The notes beneath the pieces are model-generated. The model saw only the letters and a program-made list of their open reading frames with translations. It did no database searches and was not told the origin of the DNA. Both the position numbers and the translations under genes were made by a program. This document shows, piece after piece, positions 19,356 through 26,445 of a stretch of 32,000 bases of DNA; positions within the stretch are counted from its first letter, which is position 1; every line of letters begins with the position of its first letter. Location of the stretch: positions 30,001 through 62,000 of the forward strand of contig NZ_CP066020.1 of the NCBI RefSeq assembly GCF_016127575.1, given 5' to 3'. This DNA is from Cupriavidus necator (GTDB taxonomy: Bacteria > Pseudomonadota > Gammaproteobacteria > Burkholderiales > Burkholderiaceae).

Positions 19356-20756
19356 ATGTCCAGTAAGAGGACCACTACATCAAGCGGGAGTCACGGCGTC
19401 GATCTGGACGCCATGACACCATCGCAACTCGAGGGTATCGACGAAGCGACCTGGCTGGACGTGATCCGCAAAATGGACGAGGTCTACCTGCAATTGATAG
19501 AGGACGAAGTAGCGCTGGAGGAAAAGAACGCTCAACTGGAGCAGTCCCAGCAATTCATCTTCAGCCTGCTTTCGGCGATGTCGGACGTACTGGTTGCTTG
19601 CAATGCGCGTGGCGAAATAGAGGAGACCAATGTGGCGCTGCGCGAACTGGTAGGCATGCAGGAGAGCGCTCTGCACGGCATGTCGATTTATCAGTTGCTG
19701 GCCGACGACGACAGCGCCGCGACGTTGCGCACGGTGATCGACAATGTGGGGCCTGGCCGGAGTTTCAACGTTGTCGAGCTAAATCTGTTCGATGCCGAAC
19801 GCAGCATCGTGCCGGTGGACGTCAGTTGCACGCCCCGTATCGGTCCGAATGGCAGGCGTGAAGGCTATGTTTTCGTGGGTCGCCCAATGGCCGAGATCAA
19901 ACGTGCCTATCATCAATTGCGCGAGGCGCACGAGGCACTCAAGCGTACGCAGCAGCAACTGCTGCATGCGGAAAAGATGGCATCACTCGGGCGCCTTGTC
20001 GCTGGGGTGGCGCACGAGTTGAACAATCCAATCAGCTTCGTGCTGGGGAATGTGCACGCGCTTAAGCGCTACAGCGAACGCCTCGCAGCCTACGTGGCAT
20101 TGCTGCATAGCGGAGAGGATGGCGCTGAAGCCGAGCGCCAGCGGATTCGCTTGCGCATCGATCATATTCTGCAGGATATGCCGTCGTTGATAGAAGGGAC
20201 GCTCGAGGGCGCGCAGCGCACTGCCGACATCGTGCGTGGCCTGACGCGCTTTTCCGCTGTGGATCGTGAAGAGCCAAGCGTGTTCGATTTGAGCGAAGTG
20301 GTGAAAAGGGCCATTCACTGGGTGAAGAAAGGAACTGCGCCGACTTTCGAAGTCCATTGGTCACCGCTACCGGGATGCCTGGTGATGGGCAGCGCCGGGC
20401 ACGTGCAGCAGGTAATGATGAATCTGATTCAGAATGCCTACGATGCGGCGGGGAGCCGTGACGATGCCGTTCCGGCATTGTGGATCGCCTTGGACCGACT
20501 CGACGACCGGGTCGTGCTGCGCTTTCGAGACAACGGTCCCGGCATTGCGGCTGAACACCTGGCCCGCGTGTTCGATCCATTCTTCAGCACCAAGCCTGTT
20601 GGCAAGGGGACTGGGCTTAGTCTTTCGATCAGCTATGGCATTGTCGAGAGACATGGCGGGCGCTTGCTCGTCCGCAACCACCCGGAGGGCGGCGCGGAGT
20701 TCACGGTCGAACTGCCAGCTGCTCACGACAAGGGGTCGTCCGCAGACCGGCGTTGA
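19356..20756 (+). CDS. hoxJ: PAS-domain histidine kinase of the H2-sensing system
   Basis: H-box GVAHELNNPISF, N-box MNLIQNAYDA, G1 RDNGPGI, F-box FDPFFSTK, G2 GKGTGLSLSIS. ATG 19356 gives 466 aa. The track ORF starts 16 codons earlier at GTG 19308, and neither start has a strong SD. Confidence 0.9.
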   Translation: MSSKRTTTSSGSHGVDLDAMTPSQLEGIDEATWLDVIRKMDEVYLQLIEDEVALEEKNAQLEQSQQFIFSLLSAMSDVLVACNARGEIEETNVALRELVGMQESALHGMSIYQLLADDDSAATLRTVIDNVGPGRSFNVVELNLFDAERSIVPVDVSCTPRIGPNGRREGYVFVGRPMAEIKRAYHQLREAHEALKRTQQQLLHAEKMASLGRLVAGVAHELNNPISFVLGNVHALKRYSERLAAYVALLHSGEDGAEAERQRIRLRIDHILQDMPSLIEGTLEGAQRTADIVRGLTRFSAVDREEPSVFDLSEVVKRAIHWVKKGTAPTFEVHWSPLPGCLVMGSAGHVQQVMMNLIQNAYDAAGSRDDAVPALWIALDRLDDRVVLRFRDNGPGIAAEHLARVFDPFFSTKPVGKGTGLSLSISYGIVERHGGRLLVRNHPEGGAEFTVELPAAHDKGSSADRR

Positions 20757-21157
20757 TCGGTTGCCGGGGCCCGGCTCCGCCCGTGTTCCGGGGAACGCCT
20801 GTTCGAAATTGGCGGAGGCAGGAGGCTGATGGCCTGATTTCCCTGCTGCACCAGGCTAGAAAGCGCTGCTCCGGCTATTTAGACTCCCATGGAACATGGT
20901 ATTGCCATCTGGATATGGGCATGTCACCAATGCGATGATCATGCAAACCTGCTTTGCAGTCCTCACGTACGGACTTGCGCAGCAGATACCGCTATTTCGG
21001 GAATAGCATAAGCGAACCAAGACCTGAGAGTGAGCTTCTGCCGCATTCGCCAGGAGTTGGCTCGCAGGCGCGGAAATTGCGTTACGGTGCAGTCGAGCCT
21101 TACTGGCAAAAGCCGCGGATGACAGCGGCGTCGGAACCGAGACAGGAGACTTCCAGC

Positions 21158-22213
21158 ATGTTCCAATTGCTCGCTGGCGTACGCATGAATTCTACTGGCC
21201 GCCCGCGGGCCAAGATCATCTTGCTCTACGCGCTGCTGATTGCATTCAATATCGGCGCCTGGCTCTGCGCGCTCGCCGCGTTTCGCGATCATCCGGTGCT
21301 GCTCGGCACCGCACTGCTGGCCTACGGCCTTGGGTTGCGCCACGCGGTAGACGCAGATCATCTCGCGGCAATCGACAATGTCACCCGCAAGTTGATGCAG
21401 GACGGCAGGCGGCCCATCACAGCTGGGCTTTGGTTCTCGCTTGGCCATTCAAGTGTGGTAGTGCTTGCTTCGGTGCTGATCGCTGTCATGGCGACCACGC
21501 TCCAGGAGCGTCTGGACGCGTTTCATGAAGTCGGCAGCGTTATCGGCACGCTTGCTTCCGCGCTATTTTTGTTCGCCATTGCGGCGATCAATCTGGTGAT
21601 CCTGCGCTCGGCGTATCGGGCGTTCCGGCGTGTGCGGCGCGGCGGCATCTACGTTGAGGAAGACTTTGACCTTCTGTTCGGCAACCGTGGGTTCCTGGCG
21701 CGTATCTTCCGTCCCCTGTTCCGGTTCATCACACGCAGTTGGCATATGTACCCGCTCGGCATGCTCTTTGCGCTCGGGTTCGATACCGCGACCGAGGTCG
21801 CCTTGCTCGGCATCTCGACGATGGAGGCTTCGCGTGGCGTTCCGATTTGGTCGATTCTGGTATTTCCGGCGCTGTTCACCGCCGGCATGGCGCTGATCGA
21901 CACCATCGATAGCATCCTGATGTGTGGCGCCTATGCGTGGGCCTATGCCAAGCCCGTGCGCAAGCTCTATTACAACATGACAATTACCTTCGTATCGGCG
22001 ATTGTTGCCCTCATCGTCGGTGGCATTGAGACGCTTGGCCTCCTGGCCGACAAGTTCATGTTGAAGGGCGTTTTCTGGAACGCGGTTGGCGCTTTGAACG
22101 AGAATTTCTGTCAATTGGGCTTCGTCATTATTGGCATCTTTACCGTGTGTTGGGTCGTGTCGATCGTCGTCTATCGCTTGCGCCGCTACGACGACAGCGA
22201 AGTGCGTGCCTGA
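21158..22213 (+). CDS. hoxN: High-affinity nickel permease (NiCoT family)
   Basis: ATG 21158 is preceded by AGGAGA (21144-21149), giving 351 aa. NiCoT signatures are HAVDADH (HX4DH) and LGFDTATEV. The protein has multiple TM segments. The 68-codon in-frame upstream extension in the track is hydrophilic and lacks an SD. Confidence 0.93.
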   Translation: MFQLLAGVRMNSTGRPRAKIILLYALLIAFNIGAWLCALAAFRDHPVLLGTALLAYGLGLRHAVDADHLAAIDNVTRKLMQDGRRPITAGLWFSLGHSSVVVLASVLIAVMATTLQERLDAFHEVGSVIGTLASALFLFAIAAINLVILRSAYRAFRRVRRGGIYVEEDFDLLFGNRGFLARIFRPLFRFITRSWHMYPLGMLFALGFDTATEVALLGISTMEASRGVPIWSILVFPALFTAGMALIDTIDSILMCGAYAWAYAKPVRKLYYNMTITFVSAIVALIVGGIETLGLLADKFMLKGVFWNAVGALNENFCQLGFVIIGIFTVCWVVSIVVYRLRRYDDSEVRA

Positions 22214-22681
22214 GGGCCCGCCAAGCTGTCCCAATAGTCCCCACCGGGCGCGCCGGCTCGCAAAACGTGAAACGTCCACGGCCAGGGAAGCGCTTCCTGG
22301 CAGATAGGAAGGCTTGCTGCGTGAAGACGTGCAGGCCCCTTCCGACTAGGACTACCACGTCGAGGCGACCCGCCTCGCCTGCGGGATGGCGCACTCGGTC
22401 GACGTCTCGGTCAAGGCGCGCGGGGCAACTTGAACTCACTCAAAACCGGTCACGCCGGCGAGTTTGATCTCACTGATGAGGAGAGCGAGCGGTCGAATGC
22501 TACCGCGGGCGCGAATATACTGCCGTACCGGCGCAGAGATTGAAATCTCTATCCTGGCGGAAAATGACGTCTCGAAGCGCGATGTCCCGAATCTACAAAG
22601 GCGACGCTTCCGAACTCGCCACTGGTCGGGTGCGCTCGGTGTATTGACTCGCTAATGCCCGCTTAGCAGCGAGCATATTAG

Positions 22682-22697
22682 GGCAATGCTGATTAAG
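22682..22697 (+). repeat. Left terminal inverted repeat of the IS5-family element
   Basis: GGCAATGCTGATTAAG, immediately after TTAG (22678-22681). It matches the reverse complement of 25699-25714 at 13/16 positions. Confidence 0.75.
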
Positions 22698-22749
22698 TCT
22701 TTCGGTTCGTGAGAGTAAGCGTTATCTGAAGAATCACGAGCGCGAAGAG

Positions 22750-23289
22750 ATGAACATGAAGCAGATGACGTTCGCGGCGGGTGCAGATCAAGAGGCGGGA
22801 TTCGAGCAATACCGTAAGCCAACGCGACGCGAGACATTTCTGGCGATGATGGAGACGATCGTGCCGTGGGCGGCATTGTGCGCCGTGATCGAGCCGTACT
22901 ATCCGAAGGCGGGCAACGGCCGGCCGCCCATTGGCCTGGAACGGATGCTGCGCATCCACTTTTTGCAGCACTGGTTCAACCTGGCGGATCTGGCCTGCGA
23001 AGAGGCGCTGTATGACAGCGCCAGCCTGCGCCGCTTCGTTGGGATTGACCTGGGTCGTGAACCGGTGCCGGACGCCAGCACGCTGCTGAAGTTTCGCCGG
23101 TTACTGGAGAAGCACCAGCTTGCCGAGCGGCTGTTCGCTGAGGTTGGCCGGGTCCTCCAAACCAACGGTGTAAAGCTGAAGACTGGCACCATTGTGGATG
23201 CCACCATCATCGGCGCACCGAGTTCGAGGAAGAATGAAGAGAAGTCGCGCGAGCCGGAGATGCACCAGACTCGCAAAGGGAAGCAATGG
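22750..23289 (+). CDS. IS5-family transposase, 5' portion (upstream exon)
   Basis: MKQMTFA...PWAALCAVIEPYYPKAGNGRPPIGLERMLRIHFLQHWFNL...IVDATIIGAPSS...EMHQTRKGKQW is typical of IS5-group transposases. The similarity stops abruptly after W (TGG 23287-23289). Confidence 0.88.
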
Positions 23290-23795
23290 TGTGTGTCACG
23301 AACGCAGGCTTAAGTCTGCGATGCTGTACTGAAGATGGGAGAAGGCCTCCCGGAGTCGGCTTGCAGGAGCAGATTCCAAACCACCCGGTGCTGCTGCGTT
23401 CAAAAGGCGTGGTGGTGAGCGACCGGGGACGTCATCCGCAGAGGATGGCGGGTACGTGCTGAGAAAGCAAACCGTCCGATGACGCATCGTTATTGCCAGG
23501 GCGCTGTCGAAACTGAGGCCGGCCATTCGCTTCAGGACAAACCGGGACGACACCTGTTTACGGGTCCGGTGGCAGCCGGTGTATAGGCGGCATGATCTCA
23601 GCGCAGGCTTTGGTACGGAACGTGAGAATCTTGCTCCAGATGTGAAGGGAAATGACAAATGGCAGACACCATGAGGAAGAATACCGATGCTGGAGTGAGG
23701 GGCGGAGCCGCCCGTAGTAGCGTTGAAGTTCCTGTAATGGGAATGGAGCGAAGGGGCGGCGTTATCCTGCTGATGAACGCGGTCAACCTGCGGGG

Positions 23796-25051
23796 ATGAG
23801 CGGCGTGAAATCGGCGAAGCCGTACAACATTGCGAAGCGCACGGTATGGGAGGCATACCAGCAGGTCAAGGCCAACCGTGGCGCTGCCGGGATCGACGAT
23901 GAAGCCATCGCCGAGTTCGAGCAGAACCTGTCGAAGAATCTGTACAAGCTGTGGAACCGGATGCCATCGGGGTCGTATCTCCCGCCACCGGTCAAGCAAG
24001 TGGAGATTCCCAAGGCGTCGGGAGGTACGAGAAAGCTGGGGGTGCCCACGGTCGCAGACCGTGTTGCGCAAACCGTGGTCAAACTGGTCATTGAGCCGGG
24101 TCTCGACGCGATCTTCCATCCGGACTCCTACGGGTACCGGCCGGGGCGGTCTGCGAAGCAGGCGGTAGCGATCACTCGTGAACGTTGCTGGCGATATGAC
24201 TGGGTGGTAGAATTTGACATCAAGGCAGCCTTTGATCAGATCGATCATGGACTGCTGATGAAAGCGGTGCGCACCCACATCAGGGAAGACTGGATACTGC
24301 TATGCATCGAACGGTGGCGGGTTGCACCGTTCGAGACAGCGGACGGGGTGCGTGTGCCCCGCACGCGGGGAACACCCCAGGGCGGTGTGAGCAGTCCGAT
24401 CCTGATGAACCTGTTCACGCATTACACATTCGACCGATGGATGCAGCGCACCAGCCCAAACTGTCCGTTTGCCCGCTACGCGGATGATGCGGTGGTTCAC
24501 TGCAATAGCCGCAGGCAGGCGGAATACGTGATGCGGTCCATTGCAGCACGGCTGGCAGCTTGTGGGCTGACGATGCATCCGGAGAAATCGAAGATCGTGT
24601 ACTGCAGAGACAGCGCAACCGCAGCGAACGCCATCTGCACGCGAGCTTTACGTTTCTCGGTTTTACGTTTAGGCCGAGGAAAGCGCTCAGCCCGCAAGGG
24701 GGGCCTTTTACCAGCTTCCTGCCGGGAGCCAGCGAGAGTGCCTTGAAGCGGATGCGGCAGGCAGTGCGGGGTTGGCGACTCAATCGCCAGACCCATGTAA
24801 CACTTGCCGATGTGGCGAGACTGTACAACCCAGTGATACAGGGGTGGTGGAATTACTATGGCGCGTTCTACAAGACTGCGATGCTTCACATCTTCCAGCA
24901 CATCGACTGCGCTCTTGAGCGTTGGGCCCGACGGAAGTACAAGGGTCTGCACAGGCGCAAGCGACGAAGTGCCGAATGGCTGGACAGGATGCGCCGTAAC
25001 AACCCGATGCTGTTCGCTCACTGGCGTGTGGTTACGCAACCGGCTGGATAA
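23796..25051 (+). pseudogene. Intron-encoded reverse transcriptase/maturase, disrupted by a frameshift near 24610
   Basis: RT motifs are present (GIDDEAI..., RKLGVPTVADRVAQ, FDIKAAFDQIDH, TPQGGVSSPILMNLF, YADDAVVH). After ...HPEKSKIVYCRD the similarity continues in another frame (track ORF 24560-25051): RNRSERHLHASFTFLGFTFRPR...IQGWWNYYGAF (maturase domain X). No HNH endonuclease domain is present. Confidence 0.85.
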
Positions 25052-25054
25052 CGG

Positions 25055-25088
25055 GAGCCCTATGACGCGAGAGTGTCACGTACGGTTC
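25055..25088 (+). ncRNA. Group II intron catalytic domain V
   Basis: GAGCCCTATGACGCGAGAGTGTCACGTACGGTTC is 34 nt. It has the AGC catalytic triad, a GAGA (GNRA) tetraloop and a two-nt AC bulge. It is nearly identical in layout to the classic domain V GAGCCGUAUGCGAUGAAAGUCGCACGUACGGUUC. One C-C mismatch occurs in the lower stem (25060 versus 25083). Confidence 0.85.
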
Positions 25089-25127
25089 TGCGAGAGGCTC
25101 GGGGGGCGGTTCCCCGGGTCTACTTAC

Positions 25128-25568
25128 CACTTCGGCATGAAGCTCCACATTGGCGTGGACAGTCAGATTGGGTTGGCCCATTCGGCAGTCGTAACGCCAG
25201 CCAATGTTCATGACAAGCATGCAGTGCACCAGCTATTGCATGGGCAGGAGCAGCGAGTCTATGGCGATAGCGCCTACGCCAGTCAGCAGGCGCTGATCGC
25301 GTCCAAGGCGCCCCGCGCCAAGGACTTCACCAATCAGCGTACGCGCAAGAGCGGGCAGATTGACGAGGTGCAACGTGGGAAGAACCGCAACAAATCGAAG
25401 ATCCGTGCTCGGGTCGAGCATGTGTTTGCCGTAGTCAAACGCCTGTGGGGCTTCACTAAAGTACGCTACCGTGGCTTGAAGAAGAATGCCGGCCGGGCCT
25501 TCACGGCCCTGGCGCTGGCCAATCTGTACCTCAGCCGAGGGCATTTGATGGGAGCAGTCCGTCCGTAA
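25128..25568 (+). CDS. IS5-family transposase, 3' portion (downstream exon)
   Basis: HFGMKLHIGVDSQIGLAHSAVVTPANVHDKH...GDSAYAS...KIRARVEHVFAVVKRLWGFTKVRYRGLKKNAGRAFTALALANLY is the DDE catalytic C-terminal half of IS5-group transposases. The upstream part of the track ORF (24858-25127) is intron sequence. Confidence 0.88.
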   Translation, partial: HFGMKLHIGVDSQIGLAHSAVVTPANVHDKHAVHQLLHGQEQRVYGDSAYASQQALIASKAPRAKDFTNQRTRKSGQIDEVQRGKNRNKSKIRARVEHVFAVVKRLWGFTKVRYRGLKKNAGRAFTALALANLYLSRGHLMGAVRP

Positions 25569-25698
25569 AGGGCGAATGTGGGGCAAGTGCTCCGCCAACA
25601 CGCCCCATTTGGGATGCGGCAGGAAAAATTCGCGTCATCAGAGCCGAGTTTTTCGACCGCACACGTTCTTATCAGTCTGAACACACCAATTCACGCGG

Positions 25699-25714
25699 CT
25701 TGTTCAGCATAGCC
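25699..25714 (-). repeat. Right terminal inverted repeat of the IS5-family element
   Basis: CTTGTTCAGCATAGCC, immediately followed by TTAG (25715-25718). Confidence 0.75.
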
Positions 25715-25778
25715 TTAGTCGCCAGCCGTACTCCGTAGAAGACCAACTTGCCTCAAGCAATCTTTGGAGATGATTCCG

Positions 25779-26435
25779 ATGACTCAGAAATTGACCTTCA
25801 CCCGATTTGTCATCGCCGAGCAGCATGGCTCGAAGACCGTTGATTCCGATCTGATCGCGCTGTTGCTCGACGTCTCCATTGCTTGCCGGAAGATCGCCAG
25901 CTCGATCGCCAAGGGCTCGCCGCTGGCGCTGGGTGGCGAAGCGGCAGGACGGGACGTACCCGGGGAAATCCAGAGCAAGACCGACATGGCCACCCCCTGT
26001 TTCTTCGCGCGCTCGGAAGCGCTCGCCCGGCACTTGGCCGGAATGGCGTCGGAAGGCATGGAAGGGGCCTATCCGGTGCCGCTCCGCTCGCCCCAGGGCA
26101 GGTACCTGCTGGTTTGCGATCCGCTCGACGGCTCGGCCAACATTGACGTGAACGTCTCTGGGGGGATCATCTTCTCAGTCCTGCGTTGCCCAGAAGGCAT
26201 ATCGGCGCCTGAGGAGCGCGACCTCCTCCAAGCGGGTAGCGCGCAGATGGCCGCGGGATACGCACTGTACGACGCGCCCGCGCTGCTGGTCCTGAAGACC
26301 GGCAGCGGGATCCATGGATTTACGCTCGACGCGGATTCTGGCCAATACGTGCTAACCCACCCGAACGCGAAGATCCCGCAGGTACCTGCTGGTTCGCGAT
26401 CTGCGCTTCGGCCAAGTACTTCTGGGCAGTCTTGA
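25779..26435 (+). pseudogene. Class-1 fructose-1,6-bisphosphatase (Fbp/CbbF-like), 3'-truncated and degenerate
   Basis: LTFTRFVIAEQH..., GEIQSK.D, LAGMASEGMEG, YLLVCDPLDGSANIDVNVSGGIIFSVL, GSAQMAAGYALYD and HGFTLD...YVLTHPN match about the first 200 residues of FBPase I. The similarity ends near 26378, and about 140 C-terminal residues are missing. Several conserved positions are altered. Confidence 0.75.
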
Positions 26436-26445
26436 AGGAGGCTCA

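Larger units (their letters stand above)
23290..25128 (+). mobile_element. Group II intron (boundaries +/- 1-3 nt) inserted in the IS5 transposase gene
   Basis: The 5' end reads GTGTG (23291-23295, consensus GUGYG). An RT/maturase ORF sits in the domain IV position. A canonical 34-nt domain V lies at 25055-25088. A domain VI hairpin (25092-25125) has a bulged A at 25122, and an AC dinucleotide follows at 25126-25127. Removing 1838 nt rejoins the transposase as ...KGKQW(Y/H)FGMKLHIGVD, the conserved IS5 motif. Confidence 0.88.
22682..25714 (+). mobile_element. IS5-family insertion sequence carrying a group II intron (about 1195 bp without the intron)
   Basis: Terminal inverted repeats are GGCAATGCTGATTAAG (22682-22697) and the reverse complement of 25699-25714, GGCTATGCTGAACAAG (13/16 identical). 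They are flanked by direct TTAG copies at 22678-22681 and 25715-25718, which fits the YTAR target preference of IS5-group elements. The split DDE transposase gene lies inside. Confidence 0.85.

Noticed and set aside
20890-20905. Sigma54-like motif TGGAAC-N-TTGC upstream of hoxN
   Set aside because: The GG (20891-20892) and GC (20904-20905) dinucleotides are 13 nt apart rather than the strictly required 12, and the -24 element deviates (TGGAAC). It is not a credible -24/-12 promoter.
20954-21157. 68-codon N-terminal extension of hoxN in the ORF track
   Set aside because: The segment is hydrophilic and low-complexity and has no SD. ATG 21158 has AGGAGA upstream and begins directly before the first TM helix.
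22214-22681. Short ORFs downstream of hoxN (22147-22467, 22464-22655, minus 22140-22439) and a 27-codon ORF ending at 22647
   Set aside because: They have no motifs, poor composition and no SDs. The region is probably the remnant of whatever the IS5 element inserted into. I cannot assign anything from the sequence alone.
25668-25675. Alternative IS5 right end based on CTGATTAAG (22689) / CTTATCAG (25668) similarity
   Set aside because: This was superseded by the better 16-bp IR pair at 22682/25714, which is flanked by identical TTAG repeats and gives a 1195-bp element.
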